64,000 nucleotides of DNA from Epithemia pelagica (Eukaryota; Protista; Bacillariophyta). Made by a program: the position numbers and the translations under genes. Below are positions 21,691 to 34,136 of the stretch, piece after piece (the stretch's first letter is position 1; the number at the start of each line of letters is the position of its first letter). The notes beneath the pieces were generated by a model. It saw only the letters and a list, made by a program, of their open reading frames with translations, had not been told where the DNA came from and searched no databases. Location of the stretch: positions 62,001 through 126,000 of the forward strand of contig OX337234.1 of assembly GCA_946965045.2 (NCBI GenBank), read 5' to 3'.

Positions 21691-24600
21691 TCATCGACGC
21701 ATAGCATCTTTCGCAATGGATTCGACTTGCTCAAGCTGTAAGGACAGCAACTCGTCATATTTAAAATGACTCGATTCGAACTCACGACGTAATCTGCGCA
21801 ACAAGCCAGAGTTGTGTTTAGCATCATCCCGGCCTCCGCTTTGCCAAAAGGAAGCCTCTTTCGATAGGAGCTCTTCAAACAGAGTCCGAATCGCGTCTTC
21901 TCCATCCTTAATATTCATGGACCGGAAACACGTCACCATGACGTCAACATAAATGAAGAAATCAGGGACAAATGACGGGTCGTTGTTCTCGTGAGAGACA
22001 CTCTTTAGCTCCTCCAGCAACTTTAGAGCTCTTTTCCCTGCAGTTTTTGACGGTGACTTGGCACAGGCAGAAATCGCAACCGTAAAAGAATAACGGTCTG
22101 GAAAGCATTTAAATCTTCCCGACAAAGCAAGGTCCATCATTTGTCGCAAACCTCTATGCGCCTTTTCCGCAGCATCAGGGAGGTCCGACCGAAGCCAGGC
22201 AACAAGAACAGCAGTAAAGGCTTGGGTTCCTGGCATGTCCGTGAATTGTTCCGTCTCACCAGCAACAATCCAGTCATTCAGTGCCTCCGAAGTCTTTGCG
22301 GGGTTGCCTGCTTTCGACCATGCATGGAGACGGACTGTGTAGGCTTCAACTTGTGGTTTCAAAGACTCATTGCCAGCACAGTATTCTTCTTTCATTTCTT
22401 GAAATAGAGCTTCCACTTTATCTGACCGTGAGTGCCACATCCAGCCGGACATAAGGGAGGTGTACAAGGGCACATCTCTTTCAATATCCATACTGTCACA
22501 ACTACGAAAAAGCCTTTCAGCACGATCTAAAAACTTGATATCGCGTGATTTTCCCAAAGCCCAAATGACAGCATTGTACGTACGCACATTCGGCTTCGCT
22601 AATGCATCGCCATCTCTCCATTGTTTTTCCACTTTTTCAAACAAATCTAAGACAGCTTTCGTTGAGTGTACGGTTTCATTTCTGGACCAAGCAGTGATCA
22701 AGGAGTTGTAGGTCACAACGTCCGGCTCGACATTCATCGACTTCATTAGATTGAAAACACCCGTTCCTTTTCCCCTGCCTGTCGCTGTTTCGAAACCGAC
22801 CATGTATCAATCACAATGTTAAAATATTCCCGATTGATCACAGAAATTTCGGCATTCTCCCTCGTGATTTTTGAACATAGTCGACGTAGAGACATTTCTG
22901 CCTGATCAGGATTGCCGGCCTTACACCATGCCAGAATCTGCTCGAAATAGCTTTGGGAATCTGGCTTCAAAAGTGGATTATCCTGGTTTTCCATCCATTT
23001 GAGCAGAGTCTCTAGTGACTTGGTTCCTTCAATTGTTCCCATTAAGGCGTAACATTCCAAAAGTTTATTCAGCGTCGAGGTGTTCACCATTCCAGAAAGA
23101 TGGTTGTCATGGGCATACTTGATTAATCGATGAATCCACCGGGAAATATGGCTACTCGCGTCCGGATGTCCTGATTTTGCCCATGCGACGAGAATACCAT
23201 TCCATATATCCGTGTCCTCAAATTCCGAAGAAGCTATCATTCCCTTTCCCAGTTCGTCAAAGACTTTTATGGCGACTTAATCAGCTCTAGTATTGTCCCC
23301 TGCTTTGGCGTAAGCCCAAACAAGAGACGAGTAAGTATGAGCGGTTGGTCGTAAACTCTCAACTCCTGTCTGTTCAAAGAGTTGCACCATTTTGTTGAAC
23401 AATTTCTCTGCCTCATCTACTTCTTGTAATTGTCCGTAGGCCCTAATAAGCGTGGTAAGTAGAATACGGTCAGGCTTCGGAGTTTTGCTCTTTTCGTCTA
23501 TGATTCCAGCGCACATATTGTCCACTAGTTTTCTGGCAGCCTCGACAGCTTCTTTTGAATTGCACTGGGTCAGAGCATTGCAAACACGGCAATATATTCT
23601 GCAGTCAAGTTCCCCAATAGGACATCTCTCCTTCATTTCTCGAAATAGTTGCAGAATTCGCTGTAATACCGTTCTTGACTCATTCGATCGTCCATGTGTC
23701 TCCATAACACCACAGTAAATATTGGCGGTGGGTCTGTGGTCACGACGACTAGTTTGTTTGTACCATTTTGTCAAAGACGAGAGAAACGCCTCAACGCGCT
23801 GACAGCTCTCCGGAAGCCAGCTTTGGGCCCAAATCTCAACCATATCACGAATGATTGGTGCGTCAGGATGAAAGGACGTATCAAATGGATCGTCGTTACC
23901 CTTTTGCAGCAGGGTCCGGTATATTTTCTCCGCTCTGTAAGGAGCATCCTTGGAGTTGTCAGTTTTATTCATTCCATGGAGAATAAGGGAGAATGGCGTC
24001 GTAGATGGTTCAAACAAATCAGTATCATAATATCGATTCACCTTGGACATGATAGACTCGGTGTCAAGTTCACCAAGGATAGCTTTGGTATTCACCATAT
24101 CTCTTTCCCCCCATCGAGCTCTTTGTTTCTTGCTATTTAAAACCTTTGCATTCTTGGATAATCCTGTTCGTTCTTGAATATGATCCAGCCATGTCTGTAA
24201 GATTTCATCAAGCTTGGCTTTCTTCATCGGAATACGATAGTCTGTCTTTTTGGATGGTTTGCTCGATGTATGCTCCATTTCATCTGCAAGTCGATCTAAC
24301 AAATCAAACATGAATTGGACCCGCTCCGGAACCGTCTCATCGGACAGTTTCGGGTTTGTTCGCAGCGCATTGAGTAACGCTTCGGCTTCCATCCAGTGCT
24401 GTGATTCAAACGTTCCGGGCGCCATTGAAATCAAACGGTCTTTGGTAGAAATCCACGACTTCACAAAACTTGACTGAGTCGATGAGGACGAGAAAGAGTC
24501 CTTCGACTGTGCGTTGGAAGGACCATCGCAATCGTTGGCGTTGGAAAACTGCCAACGAGTACTTCTGTGCAGCAGAGAACTTGTCCGCAACGAGTAGGGC

Positions 24601-24722
24601 ATATGCGTCAAGACTCCCGATGCGGAAGACCAATGCGCAAGACGAAACGTCAAACGTGGCTTTAGCACCGGTAACTTCTGACCCAAAAGGGTCTTCTTCA
24701 CTGCATTCATTGCATGTACCAT
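21691..24722 (-). pseudogene. Pentatricopeptide-repeat (PPR) protein gene with one premature stop and two frameshifts
   Basis: Three consecutive ORFs carry PPR motifs (PDRILLTTLIRAYGQ, PTAHTYSSLVWAYAK, PDVVTYNSLITAWSR, PNVRTYNAVIWALGK). TAA at 23279-23277 is followed by in-frame VAIKVFDEL; frame changes near 23240 and near 22770. No plausible introns at these junctions. Confidence 0.75.
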
Positions 24723-25500
24723 TATGAGCGGACTGCTCGTTCAAGTTTGTCAAAACAATCAAGTTTCCTGTCCAAAAGACTCAGAATTTGCGGTGAACCT
24801 CTTCCCTGGCGAAGGTCAGACCTTGCCCATGCGCAACCATAACAAACTTCACTGTGTAGGTATAGGAGAGCACGTTTTTCGTACACAACGCTTCACAAAA
24901 GGAGGGCAATTTGGGTGCTGCTTCAAGATAAGGTGACGGAGGCAGCCGGTGGACTCCAATAAAATAGCATTGGCTTTAGCTATGCCACGGGATTGTTAGG
25001 GGAGTTTGCTCCATAGTGTTTGGGTGAGGGAGGCGCCGACCAGGCTGGAGTATGTCGCGGACTCTGTTCTCTACCACCACACAAGAATGTGAAGGGATTG
25101 GTCGCTTTCTGTCTGCTAGTTTGTGAGAAAGAGGAAGATCCACCAGTTCAACTACGCAAGTCTTGTGGCATTGCCCTGTAGAATTTGGAACTACGAGTCC
25201 AGTTTAGCTGCGTCCAAAAACGATTGAAAGGCAACATGTTGGTTGCAGTTCGCACAGAAGGACATGGAAGAAGCCAAACAGGCAAGGAGCAAAATCCTCC
25301 TTGTACTCATTCTTGTTTTAGGCATCATGCTTATAGAGGTGGAATGGCTGGACCTTGACCATCATTAGGGTTGCTCTTCTCTCACCCAACAGTTTGTCCA
25401 CCACAAAGAATTGCCAGACACTCCACACGTCTCTGTGAGTAGCCGCCCCACGGAGAGTTTGCGGAGAGCGTACTTTCATCATTCGTTGGATCGGTTGCGT

Positions 25501-25835
25501 GTTTGGGTCCTCACGCATCTTGTTTGGTCACGCAGAATGCTTCTGGGACGATGAAGCGGCTAGCAAAAGTGTCTGTTGCAGAGTGCTTTCGTCATTGGTT
25601 GGATCTATGGCGTGTTTGGGTCCTCTCATCTTCGTGGATCACGGAGCATGCTGCTGGGACAATGAAGCAGCTAGCAAAAGTGTTTGTTCCAGAGTGCTTT
25701 CGTCATTGGTTGGATCTATGGCGTGTTTGGGTCCTCTCATCTTCGTGGATCACGGAGCATGCTGCTGGGACAATGAAGCGGCAAGCAAAGTGTTTTGTTT
25801 CAGAGTGCTTTCGTCCTTGGTTGGATCTGTTGCGT
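25501..25835. repeat. Tandem repeat, 3 x ~111 bp, with further degenerate units from 26307 and 26421
   Basis: Units start gtttgggtcc at 25501, 25614 and 25725; related units have a period of about 114 bp at 26307 and 26421. Confidence 0.9.
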
Positions 25836-26719
25836 GTTTAGCCGAAAAGCACGACGGCAACACCCAAGCGCCCATAATGACAACGATGAGCAACAGGAGG
25901 AAGAAAGCGGCACGACAAAGCCCTTTTTCCTGGCCTCTGCTTTGGAATGGCATCCGTATCGTCATACGGCAAAAGCACAAGCGTCGTATAGTGCAGGACA
26001 AAGAAAGGGAAGCCAACCATCCAACAACGTCCAAACTTTTTCATAATAATAATTGTACCTTCCATCCAGATTCGAAATTCCTTCTACAGTACCACCTCCT
26101 CCTCCTCTTCTTGGGCTTGTACTCGTCTCATAATAATTGCAACATTCATCCAGATTCCGTATTTCTTCTACAGTTCTTGTTCTTCTTTTTCTCCTGGTGG
26201 TGGTTGCTGTTGTTCTTGGAAACCACAAATAAAGAGCACAAGCCTCCTTGTACTCATTGTGTTTTTTCCTGGTACATATGGTTGGACCTTGACAACCATC
26301 AGGGTTGTTTGGGTCCTCACACATCTTGGTAGGTCACGCAGCATGCTGCAGGGACAATAAAACTTCCAGCAACGTGGTTTTTTTCCAGAATGCTTTCATC
26401 CTTGGTTGGATCTGTGGTGTGTTTGGGTCCTCCCGCATCGTTTGGAAGGTCACGCAGCATGCTGCTGGGACGATGCAAGGGCAAGCCGAAAAGGACAATG
26501 GCAACACCAAAGCGCCCATAAAGACGATGATGATGAGCAGCTGCAGGAGGAAGACAAACGCGGAACGACAAAGTTTTTTTTTCTGGTCTCTGGTTTTGCG
26601 AATGACACCCCGCATCATGATTGCGAATGACACCCCGCATCATGATAGGGCAACTACCAACAACGTCCAAACTTTCTAATACGAATTGCACCTTCCATCC
26701 AGATTCCGGATTCCTTCTA

Positions 26720-27991
26720 CTACAGTTCTTGTTTTTCTCCTGGTGGTGGCTGCTGTTGTGATGGCTGCTGTTGTGGCACGGATTGCTGTCGTTGGGTCAC
26801 TTCCAACGTGACAAGCAAGGGTGCAGTGGTACAGGAAATGTGCAAAGGCACTGCTTGAATGGCATTGGAGGTGGACACCAATCCACCCCAGGACAAGGGT
26901 TGCTGGTGCAAATTCCACTGCAATCCCCGCGTCGAAACGTTTTGGCAAATACCACCCCAGGGAATCACGCCACACGTCGGACCTTCGCGCCATACCACGG
27001 ACGGCGATTGGGGCGATGGCACATGCAGGACATGATGTTGATTGGGTGGCAAGAGGATGGCGGCATTGTCGTGCGAATACAACCACAGTCCCTGCGGAAA
27101 TTTGGTGCCGTGCACACACGCGGCTTGAATGGCGGCCATTTCTTGATCCAATCGTCCGCCAAAGGCACCATAAATCCAACACGTGGTTATACTCGAATTG
27201 TGTGGTTGCTGTTCCAGAATGTAAGCCAAACTCTTGTCCAAATCGTTGCAGTCTTGATTGGGTCGATGGACAATGGCCACGCCGTGGTTGTGTTCGTAAT
27301 AGGTGCGCACCTCGGATTCCAGCGAATCCAAATCGCCCACAATGGCCTGGGGAATCATTCTGTTGTGGCAATGGTCGCCTTGCTCCACCGTGGCGTGATA
27401 CAAGCGATTGGCGCCGCCATCGGCACAGACGTGCATGGAGGACTGGTCCCACAAGTGTTGCAAAATGGGGCACACTGGCGCTTGATTTGGATTCGTATTG
27501 GACGACTCACTCTGTACCAAAAGCGACGGTCCATTCAAGACAATCAAGGCCGTTCGAGCGCGGTCGTGCGTCGTTGGGGAGTGGCTCGCCACGAAACACA
27601 AGGGACTGTACCAATGGCGTTCCGGCCAATCGTCGTCCGAGTTGTCCGTCTCGCTGCTCTTCTCCTGGTCGTTGTGGTTGGTGGAATCCTCCTGGATTCG
27701 TTCCTTCTGCTGCGGCATGTTGTGGTTGTGGTTGTGGTTGTGGTTGTGGTTGTTATTGTTGTTATTGTGGTTGTGGAGATTGTGGTTGTGGTTGTGGAGA
27801 TTGTGATGTTGCGAAGAGGACCACGACACACGCAGCCGGCAGGGACGGCGTCGTGGAAGAAACAGCCACGCCGACGACAAGGACGACGCCAAGCACGAAC
27901 CAAGGACCACAACAAGCCAAAGGACCACGGCTGGAACAACAGGGCGGCACAACCGACCAGTAAAAGACCAAAACAACGGTGAATCACCCAT
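26720..27991 (-). CDS. TPK1: Thiamine pyrophosphokinase with N-terminal hydrophobic and His/Asn-repeat extension
   Basis: ALIVLNG, CADGGANRL, IVGDLDSL, QDCNDLDK, GAFGGRLDQEM, GPTCGVIP, TRGLQWNL, GGLVSTSN. First ATG at 27991; the true start is uncertain. Confidence 0.9.
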   Translation of the reverse strand: MGDSPLFWSFTGRLCRPVVPAVVLWLVVVLGSCLASSLSSAWLFLPRRRPCRLRVSWSSSQHHNLHNHNHNLHNHNNNNNNHNHNHNHNHNMPQQKERIQEDSTNHNDQEKSSETDNSDDDWPERHWYSPLCFVASHSPTTHDRARTALIVLNGPSLLVQSESSNTNPNQAPVCPILQHLWDQSSMHVCADGGANRLYHATVEQGDHCHNRMIPQAIVGDLDSLESEVRTYYEHNHGVAIVHRPNQDCNDLDKSLAYILEQQPHNSSITTCWIYGAFGGRLDQEMAAIQAACVHGTKFPQGLWLYSHDNAAILLPPNQHHVLHVPSPQSPSVVWREGPTCGVIPWGGICQNVSTRGLQWNLHQQPLSWGGLVSTSNAIQAVPLHISCTTAPLLVTLEVTQRQQSVPQQQPSQQQPPPGEKQEL

Positions 27992-28049
27992 GCAAAAGGT
28001 TGTGTTGCTTCGTGTTGTTGTTGTTGTGTGTCGTGGAGAGAGAGAGATC

Positions 28050-28066
28050 CAACAACCGAACCCAAA
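28050..28066. repeat. ~17-bp target site duplication CAACAACCGAACCCAAA (partner 36312-36328)
   Basis: The identical 17-mer flanks both ends of the LINE. Confidence 0.85.
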
Positions 28067-28219
28067 AAAAAAAAAAAAAGACACAATCTATTTTAACGCT
28101 GCCGCGCGCACCCGCTAGGGTAACGTCGACCGACGCGCCCGGCTCCACACAAAATGTGAAGCGAGGACTAAACAAGGAATGGAACTGGGAGTACTGGTGG
28201 GTGAAAAGAAGAAAGTCGG

Positions 28220-31200
28220 TTAAGAGAGTGGAGCAGTCCTGAGAATAACAGGACGCCAGGTGTTGATCCAAGAGCGGAGTGAGAATGCAGTCGTTTCCGC
28301 CTCGAAATGGGCGGTGGTAGAGGAATAAAAGATGTCCCGGTCAGAGGGGGGAAGTTGGTGGCGGTACTCGTAAAGAGCAATAACTTCGCGTTGGGCTTGA
28401 GCGTAAGACGAAGCTTCGATAGTTTGTGGGGTATCGCCGTGTAGATTATGGTTCCGCTTGAGCCAAAGGGTGTGGACATGTGTCCATAGAACCTTTATAG
28501 AACCAGTGACAAAGTGGGAGCCCGATACAGAACGAGATTTCTGGTTTGTTGAGGAGAGATATGAGTCTTGAAGAACTTGCCATTGAGTAGAAAAGCGTCC
28601 AAAGAAAAGTTGATCTAATCCGATTCGACGTTGTTGAGTAATCAGAAGTTGGTATGATGGGGAAAGAGTAGGAAACGTCGGTGAGACATTGCCGAGCCAT
28701 GACTGTAAGATTTCCACCAACAATAATCGGAGGAAGGGGTCGAGATATTGGAGGCGCCAAAATTTGTCAAGATCGTCGAAGAGGGGACCTTTCCAAGGGC
28801 GATGTGGGCAGCGGAGAAAGTGGGTACGCGTCTCGATAACAGGTGGAGTACATAGCGGGCAAGAGTCAGAGTAGTGCACAGCGTAACGGGATCGAAGGTA
28901 GCCGAGGGGGAGCCAGTCATGAAGAAACTTGATATGAAATTGGCGGCGATTGAAAGAAGCTCGGAGAGCACGGCCGTGAGAAGTCCAATCCACAGACTCA
29001 AAAGTATTGATATCCCAGTCATGCTTATTGCAAAGATAGTGTCGCAGCGGTTGCCAAGTTGCTAAATAGCGCAAGGTCGTCCGATAATTGGAATTGACTG
29101 TACCTTGAGGGGTGTGAAGTAAAGCGCAACAACCAGTAATCAACGGAACTCTGATCGGAGAAATATCAGGAGGATAGTCGTACAAATTGGCCAGGCGGTC
29201 TGCGTCTACATTCAGCTGAGCGGTAAGAGGTAACGTAGAGTATGCATGAAAACGGTCTTGGTGTCCTCTGACGTGAAGAAATTGTGGAATCTCAGGAAAT
29301 TGCTGTAGGGAAGTAGTAATCGATTGTTGGATATCCCAATCAGCTTCCATGGTAGAATACGGGAAGTCGTATGTCCACTCTAATCGTTTCTCCACTGTCT
29401 TGATCAAACTCTGAGAGTCGGTGTAGAAAATGCAATGGGGGGGAAAACTCAGTCGGTAATGGGTAGTAAGATGTAGTACGGTCCGGAAGAGAGCAAGCAT
29501 TCCGTAGCTTTCAGAGCGAAACGACGAGGTGCGGAATCCTGGTGCAGGTCCATGTAGTTTGAAAAGCCGTTGTCCAGTATCAGTACTACAGATACAACCA
29601 AATTTTCCTCTGAACAAAGCGGCTGAGCCATCACTGCAGAGAAAAAGACGAACTGTCGAGGACTGAAAGTATTGTTGTATTGCTTCCACGGTTTGGATGA
29701 GGTCTACTTTGGCGAGAAGATGCTGATCCCATTGTTTCAGAGTTTGTACGTAAGCGGAGAAGCTTTGTGGAGGAGGCGGACTCTGCGGAATGAGTTGGGG
29801 GCGGCATGGTGACAAGACAAGGGCCGGTCCGGACTGAGCAACATGAACAGGAACAGATGTTGACGGTGGTCGTGGGGAGACTTGAGATGTGGGTAAGAAG
29901 AAAGGATGCTGGTACCAGTAATGGCGAAAAGAGTTGTCGCCGTTAGCGACGAATAAAGTGGAACTCTGGCAATCAACAAAGTAAAACCAACGGCGGTATG
30001 TCTCGTGTCCATGAACTATCCAGTGTCCGAGTGGTGGAATGGACAGATGTTGTTCTCCTGGTTCCCGAATAAGGTTAAGCATCTTGTTCCATTGAGTCCA
30101 AGCGCGAGGTCCAGGTAGTTCTTGGTAAGGTAGAAGTCCGTTGTGAGTAGAGAAGGTGTCCTGTCGGTGTTCGAGCACAAACTTGGAAAGTTTAGTGCCG
30201 TCGGGAGTAGTAATATCACTTAGGAGAGTAACGCCCATGTATATGCGGCATGCATTCACCAGCAAAAGTTCGGCCTTGGTAAAGATTTGTGACTCGAGTA
30301 CAATATCCATCAGATAGCGGTCGTTGTCGCGTTGTAAAGGGGGGAGAAAGTTGGTCTCTAGTTCAATCTGGCAGCTTGTAGAGTGGAGAAATTTGCGAAC
30401 CTGTGGGATCCATTGCATTGGCGCGAGATGAGGAAGTGAAGTGGTGACATCTTCGAAAATCGACACACTTGTGCCAGCTAAGAACTGTGCCCATGAGATG
30501 GCAATGTTAGCAAGCTTTGCGGGGACTCCTGGGGATCGAAGACACGCCAACAATAGGTATGTTTGCGAGATGCCTCGTTCAACGGATAACGTTCTTAAGC
30601 CAATTCCACCAAGTTCGTTAGGACCGTAGACTACGGCATTAGGCATACGCCGACTGAAACCATATTTTGGAAGGAAAGCTTTCTTGAATTGAACTTGAAG
30701 CGCGTTGCAATGTGCGTCCGACAAGGTAGATGAGGGCATTGGGTAGCAAATACTGGGTAAGTATATGGCATGGTAATAAGCCCATGCATCGGTTCGCGAG
30801 AAGGGACTCGTAGCCATAACGGAGGTGTGTGCTCGGTTCTTTTTTGCCAGAGCGAGAAAGAGTCCCTTGTCTGTGCAGTGAGGGGATTTTTGGACTCCCA
30901 AAGTTTTGTGACTGCGATACGAGGAAAGTTGTTTGATGGGTGTATTTTGCTCGGAACCGTGAAATTGAATTGAAATTTGGGGGCCAAAGGTGCCTGATTG
31001 TAGAGAGGCTAGTCCGTCCACGTTGAAGGTGTAGTACATGAAATGATAAGAGCATTTCTCCACATTGAGGGCTCCACCTGACAAACTAAGTAGATTGTTC
31101 CATCGCTGTGCATCCTCTTGTGCCTTTGCAATATAGTAATCTGGCGTAGCAGGTTGTTCTCGGAGAAAGTCATTCACGCTGCCGCTTGTATCATCTACAA

Positions 31201-34136
31201 ATCCAATCATATGGAGGGCTGTCGTAACTGAACCATCGGGACTGCTGAAAATAGCTCCATGAGCCTTGTCTTCGTAGGTGTCGAAAAGAATAGTAGAAAT
31301 TACACACCAAATCGCAGGAGAGTTGCCGGCTCCTTGGCCGGATCCATAAATTGGGTACAGTTGACAATGTTGGTAGTGTCTTTCGGAGACGCCGAGCTTT
31401 GTCTTCAAATAGTACTTTGCTTCTTCCAAGGTAGTGGCGTTGATGAAGACAATAGATCTATTCTGTCCGAAACTGCGTGACGCAAGACTCCCAAAGGATA
31501 GCACGATCCGATCGTAGCAAGCAGTGGCGTCGTAGTCCAAATGGACTAGAGGACGCTTACTAGCTCGGGAAATTTCGTATTGTAGTTCTTCACAAAGCGT
31601 TGGTATAACTGCGTCTCTGCCTGGAACTCCTCCAAATTGCATAGGATGTAGAGTTCGTTGATTGGTGTTTAGTTGGATCATTTGTCTCCACTTAATAGCT
31701 AAGACCAGATTGTAGTCTTGCTCGTAAAGGTGTATCACACGAAGACGATGGATCTTCAGATTATTTGGCTCTTTCAAAATCATTACATTGACGATGTGCT
31801 TCCATCTGTCGAACGAGTATTTGTTGGATAAAGCACAGTTGAGCAGACCGACTTGCCATTCAATTAGTTGTTCGCGTTTTCCCTCTAGTTCTTGTCCGTC
31901 GTCGGTAGAAGTGTCCAGATCATGAGGGGCTACCAAGGCTTTGCTATGGCCCAAATGAAAGCCAGAAGGAGAAGTTGTGGTGGATTCTGGCCACGATTTA
32001 ATCTTCCCGATCCATTCTTCGGTCGTGATTGGAGCAGGAATAGCGTCAAGAGTCACGCGTGCTTTCATGTGGTTGATCAACGATTGTTGCATGTCGTCAA
32101 GTTCGTCGCTTTGCCAGTTGCCTTCTAGAATGAGCTCGGCTGTGTGGGTGGATGCCCCCCAATCGCACCATTCGGAGAAGGGCGGTTTGGTGGGGAATGT
32201 GTTGTGAGCTTGACCAAAATGACGTTGGTTTCTCGTTAACAGTCGTTCTTCTATTTCTGCCGGTGTATCAATAGTGATCCATTCAGTGCAGCCTGTGTAG
32301 TCTGTAGTGGTTGAATCAGCTGGGACATCTAATCGAGTGATGCCTGTTTTCAAGTTCCCGCGACATTGTCTCAATTTAGTATACATGGCCTTGGTACGTT
32401 CGGCCGCGATTCTATGTTTGAGCGCTTTTGATTGTTGTTTGTTGCCTTCTGCAAGTGCCTGCTGCAATTCTTTTGTGTAATGCGTTGTGGCGTCGTTGAA
32501 CTGCATCTTTTGTCATCTCTCGTATTTGTCGCTGTACTATTCTGCATTCTTGTTGGCATGCCTCCAGTGTGCTGGGAATGTTGATCACTGATTGATGTCG
32601 TGTAGTATAAGCGATTCCGGATTCGAATGATTTGCTCCATTTCTCGGCCGAGATGAGTTTCAGAAGAAGATTCTTACGGCTCCTGAGACTTGCCAGTTGT
32701 TTAACAAAGGGAATGCTTCGTGGTTTCTTTATGCATTTGCGACTAGCGTGTTCGCCTGCCCGTTGAAAGTCTTTTTCAAGTCGTTCTGCCAAACGTGGAT
32801 TCCAGTTTTGTTTGAGCGATTCTAAGCGTTGTGCGAAACTGTGTTGCACACAGAACTTGTGCTTGTGTTCAATGTAGCGTCTGTTCGAGCTCCTGTCCTT
32901 GCTGGTAAAGTCTCAACTCGCGATAGGACCAAGTTGTTGAGTACTGTTGCCGAAAAGTCTTTGAATATCGAAGTCAATCACCATGTTTCTGTGGTCGTTG
33001 GGGATGTCTCTGTGTTGAAAAGGCTCGTAGCAAGCACGAGTGACTGCAGCAGCGACATGGCTAGTACCAAGTGCGTAGTCAATTCGTTCTCGGCCGTTGA
33101 TATATGTTGCGAATGTTGTGTTTCCAATCTGCTCTCCCATAATATCATGAAGTTCCAATTCCAAACACAATTTGGACATTCCTTCATTGTTGTCGTTAAG
33201 TGCCTCGTTAAAATCACCAAGAAGTAAGATTTCCGAGTTACGAGCACGGCATTGCCTGATGAAATCTGTTAAATCAATAATAAACGCTTCTCGCGGGGAG
33301 ACGGGTCGATTTACTTGGCGAAGCATTGATATTTGTTGGGCCGAGGCTGTGAAGGATCGGACGCCATTCGTTTCCTCCGTGAGAAGAGACTGACGACACA
33401 CTTGATACGCTGAGATGACCGTTATGGTTTTGCTTCCTCGACCTGAAAAGACTTGATATGACCACCTGCCCATTCGATCAGTACCTTGAGTGGTGATTCT
33501 ACCTGTAGACTTGCCTTGTGAGGCGATGAGGGTTCCGCCTGGCTTGTAAGGTGTTGGTCTCGGTGATGGAATATTAGTGCTGCCAAAAGTGATACGAGAG
33601 TGTTCACAATGACGTTGAACAGTGGTGTGAAGAACATTGCGAACTTGAGCTTGAGTGGTGTCGATGTTGGTTTCGTAGAAGCACCATGTGTCGGCATCCA
33701 GCCTGCACATTTCTTCACAGTATTCCGCAAAAGTTCCTCCACTCGAGAGCAAAGTTTTAAAGCCGTTCGGGTTGCAGCCGAACACGCGATAGGTGTCTGG
33801 CGGCTTAACATCTCGAGTTTTAGCACCAATGAACTCGTCCGAGTCATATGTTTGATCTCCTCTTTCTATTTGTATTCCGTTCTCTATTTGTTGTGGGTCT
33901 TCGGCGACACTCGCGGCGTCGTCGCTGTTCTGGGTGCCTGGAATAGTTGTGTTGATGGTGGATGTGGTTGTTGTGGTATTGTTTGTGTTTCGATCGTCGA
34001 CGCTCGGGGCGTCGTCGTTGTTATGGTTATCCTGATCGGAAGTGTCTAAGTTACGTATTAATCGTGCAAGAGGATGTGGTTGTAGGTTTGTATTGTTGGT
34101 TATGGTTACAAGTCTACCGTTCTGTGACTCACTCAT
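28220..34136 (-). pseudogene. LINE ORF2 (apurinic endonuclease, reverse transcriptase, RNase H, Cys/His knuckle), interrupted
   Basis: APE: GCNPNG, FYETN, LLGDFN, IDY, DHRNM. RT: QFGG, DATACYDRI, GSGQG, FVDD. RNase H: SDGS, SESYG, YTDSQS, HVRGHQD. Knuckle CPLC...H...C. In-frame TGA at 32915-32913 and a frameshift near 32480. Confidence 0.92.

Noticed and set aside
25501-26500. 111-114-bp repeats as a CRISPR array
   Set aside because: The units are contiguous with no unique spacers and are too long, and the context is eukaryotic with no cas genes.
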